Assembly (NCBI GenBank): GCA_963666345.1
Contig: OY762721.1
Location: forward strand, 2,880,001-2,944,000
Source: Desulfatiglandales bacterium
GTDB taxonomy: Bacteria; Desulfobacterota; DSM-4660; Desulfatiglandales; Desulfatiglandaceae
Length of the DNA stretch: 64,000 nucleotides
Reading direction: 5' to 3'
Shown: piece after piece, positions 26,499 through 36,646 of the stretch
Position numbering within the stretch: the stretch's first letter is position 1
Layout of the letters: every line of letters begins with the position of its first letter
Program-made: the position numbers and the translations under genes
Notes under the pieces: model-generated
The model's input: only the letters and a program-made list of their open reading frames with translations
Told to the model about the DNA's origin: nothing
Database searches by the model: none

Positions 26499-28193
26499 CT
26501 ATTGCTGAGTGATTCTGAATACCTCTTCTATCGTGGTTATTCCATCCAATACCTTTTGAGCGCCATCTTGCCTGAGGGTATCCATTCCCTCACTTATGGC
26601 CAGGTTTTTTATCGCATTTGAATCAGAGGTCTTCAGGATCATGCTCCTGATACTGTCACTTAAGATCATTAACTCAAAGATGCCTGTTCTCCCCCTGTAT
26701 CCGGTATTAAGGCATGACGGACATCCCCTTCCTCTGCAAACGGTTTTTCCTGCGAGCACTTCCGGGTCTATTCCGATATTGCGGAGTGATTCATCATCGG
26801 GGATATAATGCTCCTTGCAATCTTCACAGATAACTCTCACAAGCCGCTGGGCAAGAATCGCGAGCACGGATGAAGTAACCAGAAAAGGCTCTATTCCCAT
26901 ATCAATAAGCCGGGTAACGGCACTTGCCGAGTCATTGGTATGAAGGGTCGAGAAAACGAGATGACCCGTAAGCGCGGACTGAATGGCTATCTCAGCCGTT
27001 TCAAGATCCCTGATCTCTCCTACCAATATTACGTCGGGGTCCTGCCTTACTATTGAGCGCAACCCATTAGCAAAGGTAAGATCTATCTTGGGATTTATCT
27101 GTATCTGCCCTATGCCTTCAATCTGGTATTCGATCGGATCTTCGATAGTGATGATGTTTATATCTGGGGTGTTTATGGTGGAAAGCGCACCGTAAAGGGT
27201 GGTTGTCTTGCCGCTGCCTGTCGGGCCTGTGACAAGGACTATGCCATGGGCGGAGCGTATTATCCCGTCAAAGACCTTTCTCCTGTTTTTGGGCATGCCG
27301 AGGTCCGATACCTCTAGGAGCACGCTGCTCTTATCCAGCAGCCTCAGCACCACCCTCTCTCCGAATGCCGTAGGAAGAGTCGATACCCTTATGTCGACAT
27401 TTTTATCGGCGATCCTGATCTCTATCCTGCCGTCCTGCGGCAGCCTTTTTTCGGCTATGTTAAGCTTTGCCATTATTTTTATTCGAGATATAAGTGGAGA
27501 CTGTATATGTTTGGGGGGGGTTAATTTGTTATACAGGATTCCATCCACACGGTACCTGATTTTGAGTTTAGTTTGAGAGGGTTCAATGTGGATGTCACTT
27601 GCCCGCTCTTTTACAGCCTGAGAAAGCATCAAATTAACCAGTTTTATTATAGGGGCGTTACTTGTATCCTCCAGCAAATCTCCGGTCTCTTCGATCTCTG
27701 AAATGATCCGGTCCGTGTCATCCTCATGCATGCCCTCTATGACCTGCTCGGCAGAATCCCTGCTCATATCATAGGCAAAATTTATCACTGAGACAATCGC
27801 CGAGGAGGGAGACAGAACAACTTGAGCCTCCTTTAGATCCAGTAAAAGGCAGAGGTCATCCATCGGCTGGAATAAAAGAGGATCATTTACGGCAATTTCA
27901 ACACGCTCCTCTGTTATCACGGGGACCATCTTGAATTTCTTGAGAAACATTATGGGCACCCTTTCAGCAAACTCCGTATTGAGGCCCTCTGTCTGCAGGG
28001 TTTTCCTGAAGGGTATTTTGAACTGAGCGCTCAGTATCTTCAGGATATCACTTTCAAGAAGCCCATCCTGATTTTGAAGAATTTCCCCTATCCTGCCGCC
28101 CTTTTCTTGTTGGAATTTTATCGCCTTTTCAAGTGTCTCTTCAGAAATCTTTCCACGCTCAGATGCAATCTCCCCAAACAGCTTTCTTTCCAT
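26499..28193 (-). CDS. gspE: T2SS ATPase GspE
   Basis: ASDIHIEP, EKRLPQDGR, GPTGSGKTTTLY, RQDPDVILVGEIRD, LTGHLVFSTLHTND, two CxxC. Confidence 0.95.
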   Translation of the reverse strand: MERKLFGEIASERGKISEETLEKAIKFQQEKGGRIGEILQNQDGLLESDILKILSAQFKIPFRKTLQTEGLNTEFAERVPIMFLKKFKMVPVITEERVEIAVNDPLLFQPMDDLCLLLDLKEAQVVLSPSSAIVSVINFAYDMSRDSAEQVIEGMHEDDTDRIISEIEETGDLLEDTSNAPIIKLVNLMLSQAVKERASDIHIEPSQTKLKIRYRVDGILYNKLTPPKHIQSPLISRIKIMAKLNIAEKRLPQDGRIEIRIADKNVDIRVSTLPTAFGERVVLRLLDKSSVLLEVSDLGMPKNRRKVFDGIIRSAHGIVLVTGPTGSGKTTTLYGALSTINTPDINIITIEDPIEYQIEGIGQIQINPKIDLTFANGLRSIVRQDPDVILVGEIRDLETAEIAIQSALTGHLVFSTLHTNDSASAVTRLIDMGIEPFLVTSSVLAILAQRLVRVICEDCKEHYIPDDESLRNIGIDPEVLAGKTVCRGRGCPSCLNTGYRGRTGIFELMILSDSIRSMILKTSDSNAIKNLAISEGMDTLRQDGAQKVLDGITTIEEVFRITQQ

Positions 28194-28208
28194 TGATTTA
28201 ACCTCTGC

Positions 28209-30326
28209 CTACTCGGAGGTCCTGTCTTCTTTTTTCTTATACATCTTAATCACTCCCTCTTTGACCTTGTCTATCTGTTCTTTTTTCACCTTATACACTT
28301 CATCTGCCTCCTCGGGGTTCTCAATTATATGGGGGGTAAGAAAAATAAACAGATTGGTCTGTTCATTCGCTTTGGACATGGACTGAAAGGCCTTCCCAAT
28401 GATAGGCACACTTCCCAGACAGGGGACCTCATAATCTACATTTGTTGTATCATCCCCGATGAGTCCGCCTATTACAACCGTATTGCCGTCCTTTATGATT
28501 ACCGTTGTCTGGGTAGAGCGCTTAAATGTGGTGGGTCTACCCTCACCCAGACCTTCGGCCTCTATAAGCCGGGTAACCTCCTGAAACAGGTTCAAACGAA
28601 CGAAACGTTCCTGGTTTATCTGCGGGGTAATCTTCAGGGTAACGCCGACATCCTTATATTCATAACTTGTATAATCAACATTTGCCGAAGAGGTGTCCTG
28701 CCTTGTGATATAAGGGACATTCTTTCCCACGGTTATCTCCGCCTCTTCATTGTCAGTTGTCATAATCTGAGGTGTTGACAGTATGTGGACATCATTGTCT
28801 TTCTGGTACGCACGCAGTACCGCGCCAAGGGTCGGGAAAAAAAGGCTGCCTATTTTTATCCCCTCACCCAGGACGCCTACCGAAAACGCCGATGGGAAGG
28901 CCAGGGTCGTGCCTGTGGTAACAGTACCAGGAAAGATGCTGTAAGCGCCGTCCGCCCCTCCTCCACCTGACCCGGCAAAAACTCCGATTGCTCCGTCGTC
29001 ATGACTTCCACTCTGGTCTCCTATACGCCACTCCACGCCCAAGGAAAAATCCTTGTTCACATTGACCTCCATTATGAGGGCCTCTATGTAAACCATACGC
29101 CTGGGAATATCCAGTTTGCCTATCACTTCTTCAAGTACCAGGAAATCATCCTTTTTGGCTGTAATAACAAGGGCATTAGTGGCCTTGTCCGCGACAATTT
29201 GAACGTCTTTGGATATGACCGGGGTCTTTCCCTCTTTCTTGCCGTCGCTGGTTGGAATAGCAGACAGGACCTTTGACAATTCCTCGGCGTCGGCATTCTG
29301 GAGGTAATAGACATGAATATCACCTTCACCCTTTGGGGGTTCTTTGTCCAGAAGGGCAATCAATTCCTTTATTCTTTGGGCCGCATCCTCAGAGGCCATT
29401 ATGATGAGGGCGTTTGTCCTTTCATCCGCAACAATTTTTATCCCCGGCTCAGAAAGCGTACCCTTTTGAGCCGTTCTTTCCCTTTTCTGAAAAAGGGTTG
29501 TCAGTGATTTTGCCAGGGCTTCAGCCGTTGCATGTTCAAGCGGCACCACGGAAATCTCCTCACCTATCCCCCCCACGTCGATGACTTCTATTATTTTGAT
29601 AAGCCTCTTTATATTTGAAAGGACGTCGGTGACTATAAGCATACCAGTGGGTGAATAAGACACCATGACGCTGCTTTTGGAAACAAGCGGTGTAAAAAGT
29701 CGCTTTATCTGTTCCGGATCGGCAAATCTCAGGGGAATGATCTGGGTGACGATCCTGTCTTCTCTACCTTTCGCCTGGCCCATAAGCATTGTGGCCACAT
29801 CTTTTGAACGTGCCACTGCAGCCGGAACTACCTTTATGATGCTCCCGGCAGGTACTGTTGTAAAACCATGAACCTCCAAAACCGATTCAAATACCCGATA
29901 TGCCTCTTTTATACTGATTTTGGTCGGCGATATTATTGTGACATTGCCCTTGACGGCCTTATCGACGACAAAATTCTTGCCTGTGAGTTCGCTTATGAAT
30001 TTTATGAAAACATTCAGGTCAACATTGTTAAAATCTATGGTCACATATCTTTCATCTGAGGCTTCTGCTTTTTGAGCCCTTTCCGCCCTTTTGCGGACTT
30101 TGACAACCTGACCGGATCTTTCTTCAACCGCGGGCCTGATTTTTTTCGAGGCCTTTGGGAGAGTTTTTATCTCTTTTACCGGCCTGTCGCTTTTCACCGA
30201 ACCGCCTGAGCTGATGACACCTTCTTCACCCGTAACCCTTGCTGCAAAGGATTGGGAACCAACCTCTGACACGAATAGAAATATAACAAAACAAATAAAA
30301 AAAATTATACTTTTTCTATATTTCAT
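28209..30326 (-). CDS. gspD: T2SS secretin GspD
   Basis: IDFNNVDL..FIKFISELTGKNF (N0), ADERTNALI repeats, ILSTPQI, VGVTLKITPQIN, LFIFLTPHII. Confidence 0.95.
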   Translation of the reverse strand: MKYRKSIIFFICFVIFLFVSEVGSQSFAARVTGEEGVISSGGSVKSDRPVKEIKTLPKASKKIRPAVEERSGQVVKVRKRAERAQKAEASDERYVTIDFNNVDLNVFIKFISELTGKNFVVDKAVKGNVTIISPTKISIKEAYRVFESVLEVHGFTTVPAGSIIKVVPAAVARSKDVATMLMGQAKGREDRIVTQIIPLRFADPEQIKRLFTPLVSKSSVMVSYSPTGMLIVTDVLSNIKRLIKIIEVIDVGGIGEEISVVPLEHATAEALAKSLTTLFQKRERTAQKGTLSEPGIKIVADERTNALIIMASEDAAQRIKELIALLDKEPPKGEGDIHVYYLQNADAEELSKVLSAIPTSDGKKEGKTPVISKDVQIVADKATNALVITAKKDDFLVLEEVIGKLDIPRRMVYIEALIMEVNVNKDFSLGVEWRIGDQSGSHDDGAIGVFAGSGGGGADGAYSIFPGTVTTGTTLAFPSAFSVGVLGEGIKIGSLFFPTLGAVLRAYQKDNDVHILSTPQIMTTDNEEAEITVGKNVPYITRQDTSSANVDYTSYEYKDVGVTLKITPQINQERFVRLNLFQEVTRLIEAEGLGEGRPTTFKRSTQTTVIIKDGNTVVIGGLIGDDTTNVDYEVPCLGSVPIIGKAFQSMSKANEQTNLFIFLTPHIIENPEEADEVYKVKKEQIDKVKEGVIKMYKKKEDRTSE

Positions 30327-30361
30327 AATAATTATATGCCTTTATGCTAATTGTGGTATGA

Positions 30362-31030
30362 TTATTTATGCTTATCAACTCTATTTATCATTTGTTCAAA
30401 TTCCGAAATGCCCTTCAGATTCATGAAATCAGCATCTTCCTTAGCCCAAAGTCTTGTAACAGGATCAATGCTGACAGCCTTTTTCAGATAATGAATGCTG
30501 GCTGAAATTTCCCCTTTTATGGCATAGAGACAAGCCAGATTGTAAAGGGAGTCCACGTAAGACGGCCTTAAATGAATAGCCTTTTCAAGAAGCCTCTGAG
30601 CTGAATTGTGCTCTTTTTCACTCATATGCACGACAGCCAGATTATTCAGCGCCTTCACATCACCCGGGTCTTTACTCAAGATCTTTCCGTATATTGCTTG
30701 TGCCTTGTTGAATTCTCGATTTTTTATAAAGACCTTCGCCCTTTCATTAAGATCATCCGGATCAAAAGAGGCAACCCTGTTTTTCTTCTCCGGTAGAGCC
30801 CTTGCTGTCTTGACCCGTTCAGTCCGATTTTCTGCCGGCATAATATCCAGCCATGAATATATGACTACAGCAAAGATAATGGCTGCTGCGATAAGGGCCG
30901 GGCCCTTAGCCGACCTTTTATTCAAGAATGTCTTTTTGGCATTATCTACGGATACCACCCGGGCACCGGCCCTGTTAAAATTATCCTTTTCTTTCTGTGC
31001 CTTTTTCAGGGCCTCATGGATATAGCTCAT
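30362..31030 (-). CDS. GspB/ExeB-like membrane protein with C-terminal TPRs
   Basis: MSYIHEALKKAQ N-terminus (GspB-type), single TM, TPR motifs (ALNNLA, YNLACLYA); overlaps the exeA stop. Confidence 0.7.
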   Translation of the reverse strand: MSYIHEALKKAQKEKDNFNRAGARVVSVDNAKKTFLNKRSAKGPALIAAAIIFAVVIYSWLDIMPAENRTERVKTARALPEKKNRVASFDPDDLNERAKVFIKNREFNKAQAIYGKILSKDPGDVKALNNLAVVHMSEKEHNSAQRLLEKAIHLRPSYVDSLYNLACLYAIKGEISASIHYLKKAVSIDPVTRLWAKEDADFMNLKGISEFEQMINRVDKHK

Positions 31031-32600
31031 ATTTTTCAGCCATCTGATATAAGAGCGCCAAAGTCTTTGAACCTGGTATGCCGTCGGCATTCAGACCGAA
31101 ATCCTTTTGAAACCTGGTCAGCTCTTTTAATGTCTTTTGATCGAAAAATCCGCTCGTATCCAAAAGATATCCCCGTTCACCAAGTATCTTCTGGATCATC
31201 AACACGGCTGGAGAGGTCGTTCCGATATTGCTGTCTATTTCAAGAAAGGGAAATATGCAGGAAACACTCCCATCCCATTTCCTCATAAGAAATTTCCGCT
31301 CTATTCTTCGTTTTTTCCCTGATGAGTCTTCAACCAGAACACCGTCTTTTTCTACAGAACAGACTACAAGATATAATGAAGAGGAAGGCTTTTTATTATT
31401 GCCTGAGCAAACCCTTACCCTGAACGGTTTATTAAACGTGACATAATATTCAGGTTTTATGTCGAAGGAAACAAGCTTCCAGTCAATATCTGAATCAGAG
31501 ATGCCTTCAGCGGCAGCCTCCCGGGAGAAGTTTGTAAAAAGTGCCGATATGCTGCTTTGAGCATCCATGTAAATGTCCGCCAATTTTCCGCCTTTATATT
31601 TTTTCGGATATTTAACCGGGGCAGAAAATTTAGGCTCATTGACCCCTATATTTTCCGTTGAAAACAGTTCGATATCGCCCATCATTATCCATCCGGCGCA
31701 TGTGCCTACTATAACAAGGATAAAAATCAAAACGCACTGGAAAAGGGATACTTTTTTTAACTGATCTGAAAAAGAGATCCCAAACCCTTTTTCCCCTTTA
31801 ATATCCTTGATCGCCTTTTTTGTGATATCCCCTGAAATGTCCTTTTTTTCAAGCGTATACGCTACAAGAAGTGATCTGTCACCTATCGTATTAATACGTC
31901 TTGGATTACCTTTCGAAAAATTGTATATCTCATCGATAGCACTGTCCCTGAACAGGACTGATCCATCGTTGCCTGCCACCGTCATCCGATGTTCAACATA
32001 TCCTCTGGTATCATTTCGACTCAAAGAGGTTAGTTCATAGCTGACAGTGATTCTTTCATTAAGCTGTCTAAGCGAAGGGCTGCTAAGGATAACTCCCAGT
32101 TCAGGTTGACCAACAAGGACTATCTGTATAAGCTTTTCTCTCTCCGTTTCAAGATTTGACAGCATTCTAATCTGCTCGAGGACCTTGTGGGATAGGTTCT
32201 GCGCCTCATCCAGGATCAAAACCGCGTTTCCACCCATACTGAATGTTTCAAGGAGAAACCCGTTTAACAAATCTACAAGGTTTTTTTTCGTACATTCCCC
32301 TATGGGTGTCTCAATTCCAAATTCTTGATTTAATGTCCTGAGCAGTTCAAAATCATCAAGAAATGAACTAAAGACCAGCGCACTTTTGGTGTTCTCATCC
32401 AGCTGGCCAAGCAGTGCCCTGCAAATAGTCGTTTTTCCGGTGCCTATTCCGCCTATGATTGATATGAAGCCTTTTCTTTCGTTTATCCCGTATAAAAGAT
32501 GATCTATCGCCTCCCTGTGGTTGCTGCTTAAAAAGAGATAGCGAGGATCAGGGGTCAGATTGAAGGGGTTTTCCCTAAAACCAAAAAATGAATTATACAC
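31014..32600 (-). CDS. gspA: ExeA/GspA AAA ATPase with peptidoglycan-binding domain
   Basis: YNSFFGFRENPFNLTPDPRYLF, GGIGTGKT, LDEAQNL, VGQPEL; FQKDFGLNADGIPG PG-binding tail. Confidence 0.9.
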   Translation of the reverse strand: MYNSFFGFRENPFNLTPDPRYLFLSSNHREAIDHLLYGINERKGFISIIGGIGTGKTTICRALLGQLDENTKSALVFSSFLDDFELLRTLNQEFGIETPIGECTKKNLVDLLNGFLLETFSMGGNAVLILDEAQNLSHKVLEQIRMLSNLETEREKLIQIVLVGQPELGVILSSPSLRQLNERITVSYELTSLSRNDTRGYVEHRMTVAGNDGSVLFRDSAIDEIYNFSKGNPRRINTIGDRSLLVAYTLEKKDISGDITKKAIKDIKGEKGFGISFSDQLKKVSLFQCVLIFILVIVGTCAGWIMMGDIELFSTENIGVNEPKFSAPVKYPKKYKGGKLADIYMDAQSSISALFTNFSREAAAEGISDSDIDWKLVSFDIKPEYYVTFNKPFRVRVCSGNNKKPSSSLYLVVCSVEKDGVLVEDSSGKKRRIERKFLMRKWDGSVSCIFPFLEIDSNIGTTSPAVLMIQKILGERGYLLDTSGFFDQKTLKELTRFQKDFGLNADGIPGSKTLALLYQMAEKYELYP

Positions 32601-32604
32601 GGCC

Positions 32605-33453
32605 CTATCTGAATCTGTAGGTTAATGTTTTGCTTTCACCGTTTCTCAACATCTCCAGGGAAACATCGGAGCCAGCTTTGAGATTGCTATATAGTTCTAC
32701 CAAATCATCCGGGCCTGATACGGCCTTTCCATTAACACCCTTTATTATGTCTCCCCTTTCAAGGCCGAGCGAGGAAAAAATGGAACCATCCTCTACATGG
32801 ATCACAGATAAACCGTCAGGTTTTCCGTTCCTGAAATGGGGTTTTATGCGGACCTTAGAAAGAAGGTCATTCATGTTTTCAAGGGGGTTCTCCATTTTTG
32901 CGCGATCCACATCAATTGTGGAGGACCTCCTGCGGACGGCCCTTGGGGGGCTGGACCTTCTCTTTTTGGATATGGGGACCTCTTGAATGGTAAGTATTTC
33001 ATCCTTGTTACCAACTCTTAGTATCACTTTTCCTCTTAGAATCATTTTAATGAATGCATTCTGAATAGAGTCGCCCACCCTGTAAATACCCTGCTCCTTT
33101 TTGCTTCCCTGTTCTTTTATAATCGCGCAGATGTTTTTTTTGTCTCCCGTGACAGTTCCTAACAGGGCGATCTTGAGACTTGTTGGGTCGAGTGTGTCAA
33201 GTCCCTTCATATCTAACTTTTTATCATCAGGTTTATCCTGTGAACCAAACAGGCTCCTTTCCGATACGATCTTGAAGCCGGAAAGCGGTTCCTTTTTTGT
33301 TCTATTGTTTTGGGTCGAATGCTGATAGACTATTTCTGCCTTTTTTACCTGCCAAAAGTTTATGTCAACAATCCTGTAAAATATGTCCACCCCGATATAT
33401 ATACATAGCGTAAGGGCAAAAATATTAAAAATAGTTGTATAATATTTTGTCAT
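32605..33453 (-). CDS. gspC: T2SS protein GspC (PDZ)
   Basis: N-terminal TM, LLGTV HR domain, C-terminal PDZ (LGLERGDIIKGVNG). Confidence 0.88.
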   Translation of the reverse strand: MTKYYTTIFNIFALTLCIYIGVDIFYRIVDINFWQVKKAEIVYQHSTQNNRTKKEPLSGFKIVSERSLFGSQDKPDDKKLDMKGLDTLDPTSLKIALLGTVTGDKKNICAIIKEQGSKKEQGIYRVGDSIQNAFIKMILRGKVILRVGNKDEILTIQEVPISKKRRSSPPRAVRRRSSTIDVDRAKMENPLENMNDLLSKVRIKPHFRNGKPDGLSVIHVEDGSIFSSLGLERGDIIKGVNGKAVSGPDDLVELYSNLKAGSDVSLEMLRNGESKTLTYRFR

Positions 33454-33548
33454 ATTGTCTCGTATTTGCTAAATTAAAAACATGCCGTCGCACTTAAATT
33501 TGCTTCTGCAAATATCACCCGAGGCAAAAAGCTCCTGAAAAATTGCCT

Positions 33549-34445
33549 CTATGTAAAATTAAATCTGGGGGATTCGAAAGTACCTGAAATTCTAAAGGAA
33601 AGCCTTCCGTTTCTCAGGCGGCGCCTCAAAAGCTTCATGGAACGGGAACCTGATCCGAGCCTGCTCACCAAACCGCCCATGGGTTCCACAGTTCCCCTTA
33701 TATTCAGGGAGCTGTTGGAGATATCCTCCTTTAGTATAATGTTACCGGAAAGCGACCCTTGGATCTCCCGCCCTTTTATCTCTACCTCTCTGAGTTCCAC
33801 CCGTCCTTTTTCAATAAGTAGGTTCATTAAAAGGTTATCGAAATTAACAGAGTTTATTCCAATAATAGGCTTGACAACCTCCAGCCTTCCTTTTGAAATT
33901 GTTAGATTTATCTCCCCTTTTCCGTCAAAAAAAACGATTCCATGGTCTTTGATATCAATCCTGCCATTGAGAATGCCTTTTATTTCATGGCCCAACATTT
34001 TTGAAAAAACGGGGTATTTTTCAAGATCTATATCTGAAATACTTATTGAAGTGTCATAAATCGGTTCCGTGTTTGTTTCTTTGATACCAAAATACCCTGA
34101 TATATTGCCTTCATAGGCGGTGCAGTCAAATCTGAATCTCTGTCTGTCTCTAAATAGAGAAATTAAATCCGGCCTTGTCTTGAGATGTTTAGTTTCAAAA
34201 AATGCTATTTCAGGCAGGTGGTTTTTAAAAACCCGGGCATTAAGAAAACTGATCCCAGGTGGGAAATCAATGTCAGTTTTCTCAATAGAGAGGGTGTATC
34301 CTGGATATTTTTTTTGGAAGGTGGACTCAATATGGTTCATCAGTGCCGTTGAAGGAAAACGGTAATATAACAGAAAGAACATAAGCAGCATGCCGTATAT
34401 TATATATACAAGTAGGGCCCTTTTTTTTGTCCTTGTTTCCTGCAT
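33549..34445 (-). CDS. gspN: T2SS protein GspN
   Basis: TM followed by YRFP, beta-rich body, ISGTFESPRF end; position after gspM. Confidence 0.75.
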   Translation of the reverse strand: MQETRTKKRALLVYIIYGMLLMFFLLYYRFPSTALMNHIESTFQKKYPGYTLSIEKTDIDFPPGISFLNARVFKNHLPEIAFFETKHLKTRPDLISLFRDRQRFRFDCTAYEGNISGYFGIKETNTEPIYDTSISISDIDLEKYPVFSKMLGHEIKGILNGRIDIKDHGIVFFDGKGEINLTISKGRLEVVKPIIGINSVNFDNLLMNLLIEKGRVELREVEIKGREIQGSLSGNIILKEDISNSSLNIRGTVEPMGGLVSRLGSGSRSMKLLRRRLRNGRLSFRISGTFESPRFNFT

Positions 34446-34523
34446 ATTAATACCGTCTTGATAAGCTTATGAGTGACTAAATTTGTTTTTTGTTAATAAT
34501 GCGCTTGGTCTTTACCGGCCCTT

Positions 34524-35039
34524 TTACTGAAGGGTAAGCACCTGCACTATAGCGTCCAGGCAGCTTTTTTCTTTTTTGCTTTGCTTAATTGACATCCTCT
34601 TGATATGTATTACATTTTCAGGAGATTCAATCCTGTAGAGATATCCCACCAGCTGATCCAGGGTAATCCCTTCAAGTTTCATTTCCACCATGGATTCCTT
34701 GTAAGGCCCGGCACTTTCCGCCACTGATGGTTTCATATATTTAATTCTATCTTTTACCTTGGCTGTCCCAGCCTCTTTTTCCAGAAAGGAAAAAAGGGTA
34801 AAGCCCTTTCTCCGTTTATCAAGGAGGCGTGTGAGTGCCTGAGTGCCTTTCTCGCTGTTCCTGTATCTTGAACTCAATACAACCATTTCTTCTATTCCCT
34901 TCTCCCTGATCTTGATACCCCTTTTGAGTCTTTCTCTTTTATCAAAAAAGGGAAACAGAAGGGTTTGAAACAGCAGAAAGGCTGAAACGGCACAACCTAT
35001 TAATATTGAAAGATATTTCTCTCGTTTCGCAAGCTTCAT
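34524..35039 (-). CDS. gspM: T2SS protein GspM
   Basis: LAKREK + TM, coiled coil, LDQLVGYLYRIE. Confidence 0.8.
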   Translation of the reverse strand: MKLAKREKYLSILIGCAVSAFLLFQTLLFPFFDKRERLKRGIKIREKGIEEMVVLSSRYRNSEKGTQALTRLLDKRRKGFTLFSFLEKEAGTAKVKDRIKYMKPSVAESAGPYKESMVEMKLEGITLDQLVGYLYRIESPENVIHIKRMSIKQSKKEKSCLDAIVQVLTLQ

Positions 35040-35046
35040 AGTAGAC

Positions 35047-36558
35047 CTAACCTATATCCTTCCTCCTTACTCGCCGAAGTTTTAGTTCAAACCGGACCTG
35101 CTTTCCGTTACGGTCAAGATTTGCAGCGCTTATGACCACAGAGTCAAAAAAATCGGATTGTTTGAGCGCGCCCTTTACGGCATCTACGTTGTTGAAATTA
35201 TCTGTTTTGCCGCTCATTCTTATAGATTCATCATCTATCGTCATTGATGTAATGATGACCGTCAGTGACTCAGGCAGCCTCACTGAGATATCCTTGAGCA
35301 GATCAAGGACCTTGGCATTTCCATATGGGGAAAGCTCCTGACCGGAGGCACCATTGAGTTCCCTCACCTTGATTTTCATCTGCTGAAGCGGATCAACTAT
35401 CCTTTTTACTTCAGGGAAGGTGGCTTTTAGTATGTCCGTCATCCCCCGCCCCAAGCGGGTGTGTTTCTTTTCCAGGAAATAATAATCAACACCAAAATCA
35501 ACAGCCAGCAAGGCTGCTATAATGAAAAGGAAAACAGAGGCCTTTTTCAGCTGCCTTTTAAACCCTGCATAATGTTTTTTTACCTCGAACTCTCCTTTTC
35601 TGAAATTGAAACCCTGATCTGTTTTTCCATCTCGAAGAGCAAGCGCCAGTGCTCCATCCATCAGTGGATGCCACCTTTCCCTGATGCTTTCTGAAATGTC
35701 GACCTTTGGATCAGTGCTCACGTCTACCAATGTGACGGGAAGGTCCAGATACCTTTCGAATAATTCATCTAATCCAGGGAAGTCAGAACCCAGACCCGCG
35801 ATATAGGCCTTTTCAGGACGAGAGATATTTCCATTTTGCCATATATTTGCATGTAGAGTTACCCTGACTTTATGACAAACGGTTTTTAGCTCTTCAGAAT
35901 TGATGGCCGCTTTTGCAGGATCAGAAGGCATCGAATGCGCTTCAGAGAGGGCTTCTAAAAATGTTTTTCCATCAAATGAGAAAACTCTAATAAGATTTAT
36001 TCGTCTTTTTACGCTAAATATGAGCGAAGCACTTTTCTCCTGCAGGTACAGGAGCATGAAATTAACCGGTGTTTCAGATTGTTTTATTAGCCAAGAAGCC
36101 AGAGGGACCCCACTTATTTCAAGGACATTCGGATCGATTCCATAATTATTAAAATGGGCAAGATAGCTTGAAATCACCTCTTTTTTGACCGATGCCGCCA
36201 CTATTTTGTTCTGTTCATCACCTTTGGTGACAAGGAAATCAGAACTCAGCTCTTCGATAGGGAAAGGAATAACAGTTTCAATTTCAAAGGGAAGAGTCTG
36301 TACTATCTTTTTTTTCTCCTTAAAAGGCATTTGAAGGTTATGGTAGGATAAGATGGTGGACGGGATCGCCGCTATACAAGAATCACTTCGAAGATCAAAG
36401 CTAACCGAGAGTTCTTTTAATGCATCACCAAAAAATTCCTTCCCCTTTAGCGGGACGCAGGCGCATGCGGTAATTTCATAACCCTTCAGTCCGCTCTTTA
36501 ACTGAACCGCGGTAACAGAGCTCTCAGATATTTCAAGGCCTAATATTTTACCTGGCAT
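35047..36558 (-). CDS. gspL: T2SS protein GspL (PilM/PilN-like fusion)
   Basis: ILGLEISESSV actin-like N-terminus, LPFEIE, FNFRKGEF, TM, periplasmic ferredoxin-like domain. Confidence 0.85.
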   Translation of the reverse strand: MPGKILGLEISESSVTAVQLKSGLKGYEITACACVPLKGKEFFGDALKELSVSFDLRSDSCIAAIPSTILSYHNLQMPFKEKKKIVQTLPFEIETVIPFPIEELSSDFLVTKGDEQNKIVAASVKKEVISSYLAHFNNYGIDPNVLEISGVPLASWLIKQSETPVNFMLLYLQEKSASLIFSVKRRINLIRVFSFDGKTFLEALSEAHSMPSDPAKAAINSEELKTVCHKVRVTLHANIWQNGNISRPEKAYIAGLGSDFPGLDELFERYLDLPVTLVDVSTDPKVDISESIRERWHPLMDGALALALRDGKTDQGFNFRKGEFEVKKHYAGFKRQLKKASVFLFIIAALLAVDFGVDYYFLEKKHTRLGRGMTDILKATFPEVKRIVDPLQQMKIKVRELNGASGQELSPYGNAKVLDLLKDISVRLPESLTVIITSMTIDDESIRMSGKTDNFNNVDAVKGALKQSDFFDSVVISAANLDRNGKQVRFELKLRRVRRKDIG

Positions 36559-36646
36559 TACAAATAATTACCCTAGGAAGGCCTGTAGTTAAGCAGCCTT
36601 TTGAATAATATAGGTAAATTTAAAAAAATATGCCAAAATTATAATT

